Shown here: in pieces, positions 49,670 to 61,099 of the stretch
Layout: each line of letters begins with the position of its first letter
Position numbering within the stretch: the stretch's first letter is position 1
NCBI RefSeq assembly: GCF_030028105.1
Contig: NC_092376.1
Coordinates: forward strand, 179,280,080 to 179,344,079
DNA length: 64,000 nt
Source: Mobula birostris
Lineage: Eukaryota
Direction of reading: 5' to 3'
The notes under the pieces: generated by a model
Told to the model about the DNA's origin: nothing
Seen by the model: the letters and a program-made list of their open reading frames with translations, nothing else
The model's database searches: none
Made by a program: the position numbers and the translations under genes

Positions 49670-52105
49670 ATGTTCTGCATGCACGGAAAGTCGGTGATAT
49701 CATCCATCTTTCTGCTTTGTGTGTGGAACCTGGTTTCCGGACAGATTCGCTACTCTATTCCAGAAGAGCTGGAACTCGGTGCCTTCGTCGGAGAACTCGG
49801 AAAAGATTTGGGTTTGAGTATAAAAGACCTGCAGAGTCGTAAATTTAGAATTGTTTCCTCCGCTTCCAAACAATATTTGGATGTGAATAGCATAAATGGA
49901 ATCTTATTTGTGTGTGCGAGAATTGACAGAGAACAGTTATGTGGACAGAGCAATAACTGCGCATTGCTCATGGAAGCCGTGATTGAAAATCCTGTGGAAC
50001 AGTACCGAGTGGAGGTTGAAATTCTGGATGTGAACGATAATTCCCCGATTTTTCAGAAAAGTGAAATACGTTTGAAAATATCAGAATCTGCGATACCAGG
50101 AGCACGTTTTCTGTTAGAGGGCGCGAACGATCTGGATGGAAGAAATAATTCTATTCGTACGTACCAGCTCACTAAAAATGACCATTTTACATTAGATGTA
50201 CAAAGTCTTGGGAAGTGGAAGTTACCCGAATTAGTGCTACAGAGCAACCTCGATCGGGAAAAACAATCAGTATACAATTTATTACTGACTGCTATTGACG
50301 GCGGTGCTCCAGAAAGGTCAGGTACTGCTCGAATAACAATTGATATTTTGGATGTTAATGATAATGTACCAGTTTTTGAAAAGTCGATGTATAGTGTTAG
50401 TCTAATGGAGAACGTGCTGCTAAATTCTTTGGTGATTAAGCTTAACGCGACTGATTTAGACGAAGGTACAAATGGCGAAGTCATTTATTCTTTCAGCAGT
50501 TACAATGAGCCAAGAATAACTGAAATATTTACGATTGAACCCGAGTCTGGGGAGATCCGTACAAAAGAAATGCTGGACTTTGAAGAAGCTGATGTTTATC
50601 AGATTCATGTAGAAGCGAGAGACAGAAGTGTGCAGTCATTATCTACACATTGCAGTGTGCGGGTGGAGATCGCAGACGTCAATGACAACACTCCTGAGTT
50701 AACAATTAATTCTGGGGCTGAAACAATCAGTGAGGATGTTCCGACGGGAACTTTAATCGCTTTGATTGGTGTAACTGACCGAGATTCCAATAAAAATGGA
50801 TATATCGATTGTTCTATTTCACCCACCTTACCCTTTGACCTGGAATCTTCCTTTACTAATTCTTACAGACTCGTCACAAACGCAAAACTGGATAGAGAAA
50901 CCGCTCCTCAACATAAAATAACAGTAACTTGCAAAGACCGTGGGATCCCACCGTTATCGACCATCCAGACAATTGTGGTAAATATCTCAGATATAAATGA
51001 TAATACGCCACGCTTTACGCAGCCGTCTTACACGGCCTATGTGGCGGAAAACAATGAACCTGGCAGTTACATCGGATCAGTGACAGCTCTGGATCTTGAC
51101 ACTGATCGAAATTCACAGCTGTTTTACACAATTCTGGAGAACCAGATTGAATCAGTCCCCGTATCATCCTATCTCTACATTAACTCAAACAATGGAAGCA
51201 TCTATTCAATACGACCATTTGATTACGAGCAATTTAAACGTTTTCAGTTTCACGTTCGAGCTCAGGATTCCGGCGTACCATCACTTTCAAGCGACGTTAC
51301 AGTGAAGGTGATAGTCTTGGATCAAAATGACAATCCACCTGTCATACTATCAAGTCCAACCGAAGGCAATACCAGTTTGCGTGTCCCGCGATCTGCAGAT
51401 CCTGGATATTTGATAACAAAGGTCATTGCTTTTGACGCAGACTCTGGTAAGAATGGAAAACTTTCTTATGAAATTCTACAGTCCAGTGATCCGGGTCTCT
51501 TTGCAATTTCATATAGTTCAGGGGAAGTAAGAAATGTCAGGCGATTTAAAGATAGCGACGCAACGGCTCAGAGACTGGTTGTCCAGGTGAAAGATAACGG
51601 TTATCCCGCACTCTCTACCACCACCACCTTTATGTTGACAATAGTTGAGGAACAGTCGGAGGGTCTGGTGGACGTCAATGAAGCGAGTGACCATTTGGAA
51701 GACACGCAGAGATTGTCCTTTTATATAATAATTACTTTGGGAGCAATATCTTTTATTCTTTTAATCGTCATAATTGTCCTTGTTGTGGCTATTTGCCCAG
51801 TGGGCACCAATCCTGCTTCTAGACGTGCCTGCACCACCAAGTGTTGCAGCAGAAGAGATTTGGAATATGACAATTCGACAGTTAACATGCGTATTGTGCC
51901 GGATTCCCACTTCCTTCCCAGTTTCCTTGAGATTCAGGGAAATGGATCTCTTTCCGGAACACACTCCTATAAAATTTGTTCCACGAAGGAGCCAATGGAA
52001 TTACTTTTCACACCATTCAGTCAGCAAATGCATGGAACCATTGAAAAGTGCTCTAAATATGTGCCAGCAGAAAATACAAAAGCGAGGAACAGTCGGTCGG
52101 ATGGG
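49670..52105 (+). CDS. Clustered protocadherin variable exon 5 (start codon uncertain: 49571, 49601, 49604 or 49670)
   Basis: Open frame from 49571. The position homologous to the paralogues' ATG is ATA (49655). SP, EC1-6, TM. Phase-0 donor GGG|GTAAGT at 52105/52106; unspliced stop at 52225. Confidence 0.9.
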
Positions 52106-52324
52106 GTAAGTGTAACAGAATTGTCAGAAAAATTCAGTGGTGTAGCAAAACGCTACCCAAAATTCCAAGCATATAATAACTTTTATTTGCGGTTGAATTC
52201 CTTTTGTATTTGTTTCAGATATTGATAATTTATATTTAAGTCGATCTTACGATAATATTACTTCTCAATTTCTCAAACGTATTTATTGCACCTCATCTAA
52301 CCGAGCAATAGAACTTATAAGTAA

Positions 52325-52515
52325 CACACACACAACGCTGGAAGAACTCAGCAGGCTTGGCAGCATCTATGGAAGAGAGTAAACTGTCGACGTTCGGGAC
52401 GAGGCCCTTATACAAGACCGGCCCTGAATAAGGGTGTCGGCCCGAAATGTCGACTGTTTAACCTTTTCCATAGATACTGTCTGGCCTGCTGTCTTCCTCT
52501 AGCATTTTGTGTGGG
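52325..52515. mobile_element. Palindromic element made of two head-to-head PLE termini, each with a hammerhead motif
   Basis: Two ~95-nt arms are imperfect inverted repeats centred at ~52418-52421. The plus arm reads CGGCC-CTGAATA-AGGGTGTCGGCCC-GAAAT-GTC-GACTG (52419-52456). Confidence 0.8.
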
Positions 52516-53599
52516 TTGCTTTGGAAATCCAACATCAACTGATTTTCTTATATTTGTGAATATAACATAATCAACGTTCAGTGAAAGCCTTGTAGCTGCA
52601 CGGTACATGTCCTCCCATGTTTCGAAGTATAATTCACATCAGTTTAGTTTTACTTCTAATCTGACTTAAAATACTCTATTCCGACTTCTCCAATTCCTAT
52701 CAAAATAATTTATTCTCTGAAATCAGATAACCAAAACTATTGTAATCCTCAATCTCTGATCTAAGTCGTATTCTGCAAACTTATAGTATTGCTCCAGCTG
52801 CAGCACCATCTGGGATCATGCAATGCTGCTGAAATGCTGGCATCAGCACGACATTGCGGGAAATTATTTCAGACTGTGTTGCTGACAAAAAAAAACTCCT
52901 GTAGGTTGTCACCCAACCTACACTCAGTTGTTAATAATCTGTTATCCACATGCGTGGCAAGTATCACTTACACATGAATAATCGGCTCACCAAATGCAGA
53001 TTCATTTTAGCACTTAACAAAGACCTCCGGAAAAAAATTACAGAAATTAATTAGCACGAAGATGAAGTGAACCTAATTTTAGGAGTTATATCTCGTTCAA
53101 GTAAAATATTTTTGGAGGTTCGTATACAAATATTCCTACCACAAGACATCACTTTGAGAGTTTCTCACGACAATGCTAACCATCCATAACTGCTTAATAA
53201 AAGGCAGTCCTTTAATGAAAAAGGCCATTTGATGAATGTTCAATAGTTAACACTGTTATCACAACGTGATGTTCACTTTTACACAGAAATGCTGGATCAG
53301 CCAAACAAATAACTTTATGACATAATTTTAAAGTTACGTCAGAGACAGGATATGCCGTTGAGAGTGATTCACCTATTTACAAGCAGTCTTACTAGGATCA
53401 ACGAGATAAAAATAAATCAGCGAAATTGGGATAATCTGTACTTCAGTAGTTCAGGTTTATCATCGCTCAGATATGTCATTTTTTTGCGCAGTAGTAAAGT
53501 GCAATACATGATGTATAAGTATATATAGCGAAATGTGCCTAAGATATTTGCCCAGTACTGTAGGAGCGGAATTAGACTATTCCGACCATGGAATCTGCT

Positions 53600-56500
53600 C
53601 CGTATTCCATCATGGCTGCCTCAAATTCGGTCTGTGGTCAGGGACAACAGGGTGTCACTGCAAGTGAGGCGGGTAATGGATTCAAGAGATAATAGTGGAC
53701 GAGCCTCAGCGCTTGAGCTAATCCGACAGGTCTGCGATTTTTTTCTCCCTGTGTAGATGGGAATGGGGCGCTGTAGGAAGGATGAGTAACCTGACTGTGG
53801 CACCGTAGTTCAAAGAACCATTCAATGGGGGTGGGGGAGAGAGAAGAGAAATACAGTATAGTCAGGGGAATAGAGTTCTCTGTCGTGAGGATAGAGCGTC
53901 CTGACGGCTGTGTTGCCTGTCTGGGGCCCAGGTTCGGGGCATCTTACTTGACCTGCAGAGGAATCTGCAGTAAGAGGGGAAAGATCCACTTATCGTGATC
54001 TACGTGGGTACTAACGACATAGGTAGAACGAGGGAAGAGGTTCTGCTGAGGGAATTTGAGCAGCTAGGGACTAAATTAAAAAGCAGAACCAAATAGGTGA
54101 TAATCTTTGGATTTCCGCCTGAGCCACGTACAAATTGGCATAGGGTCAAGAAGATTAGAGATTTAAACCTGTGGCTCAAGGATTGATGTAGGAAAGGTTT
54201 ATTGGAATGACAAAAAAAAGAAAATCTGCAAGAGTTTCGACCCGAAATGTCGACTGTCCTTTTGTCCTATAGATACTGCCTGTCCTGCTGAGTTCCTCCA
54301 GCATTTTGTGTGAACTGTTCCAATGGAACGGGCACCGCCTGAACCGTGATGGGTCATGGATACTAGTGAATCACAGTGGGGCTGTGGATAAAGCTTGAAA
54401 CTAAATAGTGTGGTGGTGGTGGGTTCAACAGACTGCAGAAGTATGTATAAAGTAAAAGAGGAAAGTGTGGATAAAGATAAATTAAAAACAAAAATAAGAG
54501 AGAAAAGTAAGAGTGGAGTGAAGAAAAGTCAAGTACAAAATAGAAAAAGAATCCAAGATTTTAAGAGCACAATGAGTATAAAAGCACTTTTTCTAAATGT
54601 CCGTAGTATTCGAAACAAAGTCAGTGAACTTGTGGCACAAGTCAGTAAAACGAGGTAGATTTAGTAGCTATTACAGAAACGTGGTTACAGGGTGGAGAGG
54701 ATTGAGAATTAAATATCCAAGGATATCAGGTAGTACTGGAAGATAGGGAGGAAGGTAAAGGACGTGGGGTAGCGTTATTAATTAAAGATGAGATCAGGGC
54801 GACAGCGAGAGACGATATAAGATCTAAGGAGCAGAAGGTTGAATCCGTCTGGGTAGAGATTAGGAATAGTAAAGTGAAAAAAAAATCACTGGTGAGAGCT
54901 GTCTGTTGGTCACCGTATAATAACATTACAATGGTACAGGCAATAAACAAAGAAATATCCGAGGCATGTAAGAACAGAACAGCAGTTATCGTAGGGGACT
55001 CTAATTTGCACGTAGATTGAGCGAATCATGTTGGTCAAGGCAGTCTTGAGTAGGACGTCATGGAATGCGTCCTTAATAACTTTCTTGAACAGCATGTGAC
55101 TGAACCTACATCTTATCTTAGATCTGGTTCTTGGGAATGAGACAGGTAAAATTAGTGATCTTGTAATTAGAGATCCTCTTAGAAAGAGTGATCACAGTAT
55201 GATTGAGTTTCCCATATAAATGGAGCGTGCAATAGTTGGCCAGTGTAGACTGGGAACAGAAGCTATATGGTGGGACAGTTGAGAAACAGTGGAAGACATT
55301 CAAAGAGATTTTTTTGCGGTACTCCACAGAAATATATTCCAATTAAAAGCAATGACAGTAAGAGTTGGGAAAGCCAGCCTTGGATAACTAAGGAAATAAA
55401 AGAAAGCATCAAATTAAATGCTCGTGTGTACAAAGTCGCCAGGAGTAGTGTGAAATTGGAAGATTGGGAAATCTTTAAAAAGCAACAATGAAACACTAAG
55501 CGAGCAATAAAGAAAGGGAACATAGATTATGATAATAAACTAGCACAAAATATGAACACGGATACTATTTTTTTTATAATTATATAAAGCAGAACATGTT
55601 GGTCCCTTGGCGGATGAGAAGGGGGAATTGATATTGGGTAATGAGGAAATGGCCGAGCTTTGAATGACTATTTTCTTTCGGTCTTCACGGTGGCGGACAC
55701 GTCTAACATGCCAAAGATAGAAGTTACGGTGCGATGGGAGGTGCGGAACTCAATACAATAGCTATTACTAAAGAGGTAGTTTTGAGCAAACTTGTGGGCT
55801 TGATGATAGATAAGTCCCCAGATCCTGATGGACTGCATCCCAGAATATTGAAAGAAATGGAGAAAGTTTTAGTGGAAGCTTCGGTGATAATTTACCAAAA
55901 TTCTCTAGACTCTGGGTAATCCCGGCAGATTGGAAGACGGCATATGTCACGCCACAGTTCAAAAAAGGGATATAGGCAAAAAAAGTAACTATAGGCCTGC
56001 AGTTGAGAAGATGCTTGAAGCTATCATTAAAGAAGAAATAGTTAAGAATCTGGAAAGAAATGGATCTACCAGGCCTACGCGATGTGAATTCAGCAAAGCC
56101 AGGTCCTGTTTGCGAAATTTGCTGGGGTTGTTTGAGGCAGGGGTTGGTGCTGGGCCCGCAACTATTCACGATATACATTAATGACTTGGAAGATGGGACT
56201 GGGTATAGTGTAACTTCTTTGCAGGTGACACTATATTGAGTGGAAAAGCAAATTGTGCAGAAGATAAGAAGAGTCTGCAGAGAGCTATAGATAGGTTGTG
56301 AGTGGGCACGGGTCTGGCAGATGCAGTACAGCGAGATCATCCACTTTGGAAGGAAAATCGAAGATCCAATTATTATTTAAATAGTAAAAAATGCTGTGGT
56401 GCAGAGGAACTTGGGATTACTTGTGTATGAATCACAAAAGGTGGTTGCAGGTGCAGCAGGCTATCAAGAAGACAAATGTGTTGGCGTCATTACTATAGGA

Positions 56501-57010
56501 ATTGAATTTGAGCAGGGAAGTAATGCTGTAACTGTACAGAGTATTAGTGAGGCTTCACCTGCATTACTGCGTGAAGTTCTTGTCTCATTACCTGGCGAAG
56601 GATATACTGGCTTTGGAGTTCGAGCAGAGGAGGTTCACCAGGTTGATTCCAGAGATGAGGGGGTAGACTATGAGAAGAGATGGAGTCGCCTGGGACTGTA
56701 CTCGCTAGAATTCGGAATAATGAGAGGAGATCTTATAGAAACATATGCAATTATGAAAGGGACAGATAAGACAGAGGCAGGAAAGTTGTTTCCACTGGTA
56801 GGTGGGACGAGAACGAGGGAACATGGCCGAAAGATTCGGGGGAGTAGATTTTGGACGGAGAGAAGGAACTGCTTTTCCCGGAGAGTGATGATTCTGTGGC
56901 ATTCTCTGTTCAATAAAGCAATGGAGGCTACCTCGGTAAATATAGTTAAGACAACGTTGGATAGATTTTTGCATAGCAGAGGAATTAATGTTATAAGGAA
57001 AAGGCAGGTA
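53600..57010 (+). mobile_element. Old degenerate near-full-length CR1, with a PLE-terminus insert at ~54231-54312
   Basis: ORF1 esterase remnants at ~53870-54390; ORF2 start ALFLNVRSIRNK (~54585); DKSPDPDGLHPRILKE; RGDLIETY. Many stops and internal deletions. Confidence 0.85.
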
Positions 57011-57524
57011 GGTGAAATCCAATTTTCCTCTCAGCCCCAAAACTCAAACTACTAAATAGAGTATAAAACATAGAAAATCGAACAGCATAGGTCCTTTGGC
57101 ACATCATGTTGTGCCGATCGTTTAAACATAGGACCATAAGATATAGGAGCAGAATTAATCCATTTGGCCCATCGTGTCCGCTCAACCATTTCATCAAGGC
57201 TGATGCAATTTCTTTTCAGCACCAACTTCCTACCTTCTTCCCATATTCCTTCATGCCATGACCAATCAAGAATCTATAAACCTCTGCATTTAAATATGGA
57301 CAAATATTTGGCATCCACAGCTCCCTGCAGCAAACGATTCCACAGATTCACCACCGTCTGTCTGAAGAAATTTCTCCTTATTTCCGTTCTAAAAGGACGC
57401 CCCTCAATTCTGAAGTTGTGTCCTCTGGTCTTAGACTCTCCCGCTATAGGAAAAATTCTCTTCACATCCACTCTATCAAGGCCTTTCATCAATTGATAGG
57501 TTTAAAAACAGTTACCTCTCATTC

Positions 57525-58360
57525 ATGGCAGATGCAATTTAATGTGGATAAATGTGAAGTTATCCACTTTGGTGGCAAAAATAGGAAAACAGATTATTAT
57601 CTGAATGGTGGCCGATTAGGAAAAGGGGAAGTGCAACGAGACCTAGGTGTCATTATACACCAGTCATTGAAAGTGGGCATGCAGGTACTGCAGGCGGTGA
57701 AAAAGGCGAATGGTATGCTGGCATTTATAGCGAGAGGATTCGAGTACAGGAGCAGGGAGGTACTACTGCAGTTGTACAAGGCCTTGGTGAGACCACACCT
57801 CGAGTATTGTGTGCAGTTTTGGTCCCCTAATCTGAGGAAAGACATCCTTGCCATAGAGGGAGTACAAAGAAGGTTCACCAGATTGATTCCTGGGATGGCA
57901 GGACTTTCATATGAAGAAAGACTGGATGAACTGGGCTTGTACTCGTTGGAATTTAGAAGATTGAGGGGGGATCTGATTGAAACGTATAAGATCCTAAAGG
58001 GATTGGACAGACTAGATGCAGGAAGATTATTCCCGATGTTGGGGACGTCCAGTACGATTGGCCACAGTTTGAGGATAGAGGGGAAGCCTTTTAGGACTGA
58101 GATTAGGAAAAACTTCTTCACACAGAGAGTGGTGAATCTGTGGAATTCTCTGCCACAGGAAACCGTTGAGGCCAGTTCATTGGCTATATTTAAGAGGGAG
58201 TTAGATATGGCCCTTGCGGCTACGGGGGTCGGGGGTATGGAGGGAAGGCTGGGGCGGGGTTCTGAGTTGGATGATCAGCCACCATCATAATAAATGGTGG
58301 TGCAGGCTCGAAGGGCCGAATGGCCTACTCCTGCACCTATTTTCTATGTTTCTATGTTTC
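57525..58360 (+). mobile_element. Young 5'-truncated CR1 with an uninterrupted 3' reading frame
   Basis: WQMQFNVDKCEV...RPHLEYCVQFWSP...NFFTQRVVNLWNSLP without stops; (TTTCTATG)n tail. Confidence 0.95.
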
Positions 58361-59655
58361 TTCTGAGTTATAGTGAATACAGGCCCACAGCTACCTGACG
58401 TTCTTCATATTACAAGCTGGGAATATTTTTGTGAACCTCCTTTGAACTCCCTCCAGTCACAACATACCCTTTCTCAGATAAGTGGCCCAGACCTTCACAC
58501 AATACTCCAAGTGAGAATTCACCAGTGCTTTATAAAGTTTCAGAATTATATCCCTGCTTTTGTATTCTAGTCCTCTTGAAATGAATTCTAAAATTCCATT
58601 TTCCTTCCTTAGCACAGACTCAACCTGCAAACTAATCTTTGGAGAGAATCTTGCACAAGGACTCACAAGTCATTTTTCAGCTCCGTGGTTTTTTTTTGTA
58701 TTTTTCTTTCCATTCAGAAAATATTCAACCCTTTATTTCTTCTGCAAAGTGCATGATCATACGCTTCCCGGCACTGTATTCCATTTGTCCTTTCTTTGCC
58801 CATGTTTCTAACCTGCAGCCTCTCTTCTTCCTGAAAACTACCTGCATATCCACCTATCTTCATATTGTATGCAAACTTTGCAACAAAGTATTCAATTCCA
58901 TTATCCAAATCATTAATATATAACTTAATAATAATCTGTGCTAACACAGACTTCTGTGAAGAAAACAGGAATCGCCAGAAACCAATCAAAAAAGGATCTA
59001 TTTATTCCCAATCTTTGCTTCCTCCCAATCAGCCACTGTTTTATCCATGCTAGAATCTTTCCAGTAATGCAATGGGCTGTTATCATGTTAAATAGCATCA
59101 TGTGCGACACCTCTGCAAAGGTCTTCTGAAAATCCAAATACACAACATCCACTACACTTACTTGTCCATTCTACTTGTCATTACTCAGTGAATTACAGCA
59201 GATATCCTAGGCAAGATGTCCCCTTTAGCAAACGTTGCTGACATTGGCCTATTTTATCATGTGTCACCTATTACTTTGAAACCACATCGTTAGTAATAGA
59301 CTCCAAAATCTTTCCAACCACTGGTCAAGCGCAACGGCCTATAATTTCCTTTCTTCTTTCTCCCTCCTGTCTTAAAGGGTGGAGTCACATTTGCAATTTT
59401 CCAGTCCTCTGGAGCCATTTCAGAATCTAGTAATTATTCAATGATCATTACCTAGCGTCCACAATCTCTTCAGCTACCTCTTTCAGAACTCAGTAGTGCA
59501 GTCTGTCTAGTCTAGGTGTTCTGTCGTCAGCCTTGTTAGTGTCCCCTTCCAATCAATTTTGTCCAGCTCCAATCACAAGCCTCTATAATTCTCTTTATTC
59601 CACATCTGATCTTGGCGTCTCGTCTCAAACTGCACGGTGATTCTTCCATATTATT

Positions 59656-59897
59656 ATCGGGGAGAGGAGGGTGGAGGGAACGTCGACTCAGACCATGAGA
59701 GGCCTGCATCGGGCATTTTCATGCCTTACAAGGCACAGATTGGAAGTCTGTGTGGGGCGCCACTCCTCGCACAGAGCAATGTGTGGTTAAGTGCCTTGCT
59801 CAAGGACACAAACACGCTGCCACAGCTGAGGCTCGAACTAGCGACCTTCAGATCACTAGACGAACGCCTTATCCACTTGGCCACGTGCCCAACACAA
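59656..59897 (-). mobile_element. tRNA-derived SINE with RTE-type 3' end
   Basis: Reverse complement has a GGGCACGTGGCCAAGTGG head (A box), a GTTCGAGCC B box and the core TGTCCTTGAGCAAGGCACTTAACC. 8-bp TSD ATATTATT at 59648-59655 and 59898-59905. Confidence 0.85.
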
Positions 59898-61099
59898 ATA
59901 TTATTCTCAATGCCTCTTAAGTGTTCATTTAGCTTTAGTTCCCTAATCAAATCGGCGTGGTTACATTACACCCAATCCAGAATTACCATTCCATTAGTCG
60001 GTTCAACCATAAGCTGTTCTATAAAGCCTTCTTGTAGGCATTCTACAAATTACCCCTCTTGGGATCCAGCACCAACCTGATTTTTTCAATCTCTTTGCAT
60101 CTTGAAATTCCACATGATTATCACAACATTGCACTTTTTACACGCCTTTTCTATGCCCGTTGTAATTTATAGCTCAGATATTGTCTAGTATTGATGGGTC
60201 TATCACGCATCAAGGTCCTTTTATCCTTTCAGTTTCTAAACTCTCCCCACAAGAGTACACTTGGACCCTCCACAGATTATGGAAGAAGAGATGCTTGCTG
60301 TCCTGAAGGAAATTAGGGTGAATAAATCCCCTGTGGGAGGGGAGTGCACAAATTGTAGGAGCCCCTGCAAAGGTATTTATAACATGCTTTGCCACGGATG
60401 AGGTGCAGAAGATTGGAGGAGAGCTAATACTGTGTATTGTTTTAAAGAATAACACAGAAAATTATAGGCCGGCGAGCCAAACATCAGTAGTGGAAAGGTT
60501 ATTGGAAGGTATTCCAAGGAACCGGATATATAATTATTTGGATAGACAGGGACTGATTAGATATATTCAGCATGGTTTTGTGCGTGGTGAATCATGTTCA
60601 ACCAATTTTTGGAGTTTTTCCAGGAAGGCACCTGGGAAGTTGATGAAAGCAGAGCAGTTAATACTGTCTGCATGGACTTTAGTAAAGCCTTTGACAAGCT
60701 TCCACGTGGGAGGTTAGTCATAATTATTCAGTCGCTTGATATTCAAGATGAAGTATTAAAGTAAATTAGATCGTGAATTCACGAAGTAGCCAGAGAATGG
60801 CTGTACATGGTTGACCCTTCGACTGTAAGCCTGTGACTAGTAGTGTAGCACTCTGTTCCGTGTTATGCCCGTTGTTGCTTGTCATCCATATCAATGACCT
60901 GGATGACGATAGTGTCGTAAATTCTGTTGTCATCAAGTTTGGAGGAGCAGTGGACAGCGAAGAAGGCTATCAATGCTTGCAGCGATACCTGGACCATCTG
61001 GGGGAAAACGACACATAGAATTTAATGCAAAGAAGTGTGAGGTGTTGCACTTCCGGAGGACCAACAGTGGTACATAGGTCTTACATGTTAAGTGAAGGG

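Larger units (their letters stand above)
57120..60240 (-). mobile_element. Old CR1 interrupted by a younger CR1 and a SINE
   Basis: Minus ORFs 57274-57492, 58457-58666, 58714-58989 and 58925-59152 carry CR1 RT motifs. The host sequence rejoins as CCTCTCATTC|TTCTGAG across 57525-58360. Confidence 0.8.

Noticed and set aside
12324-52105. Second, exonic CTCF site as in mammalian Pcdh-alpha
   Set aside because: No convincing motif could be identified by eye; a PWM scan or ChIP would be needed.
12419-52109. Short antisense and alternate-frame ORFs inside the Pcdh exons
   Set aside because: Shadows of cadherin codon patterns, repeated only because the exons are paralogous.
59815-59890. Functional tRNA gene
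   Set aside because: It is the head of a SINE, with core, RTE-like tail and TSD.
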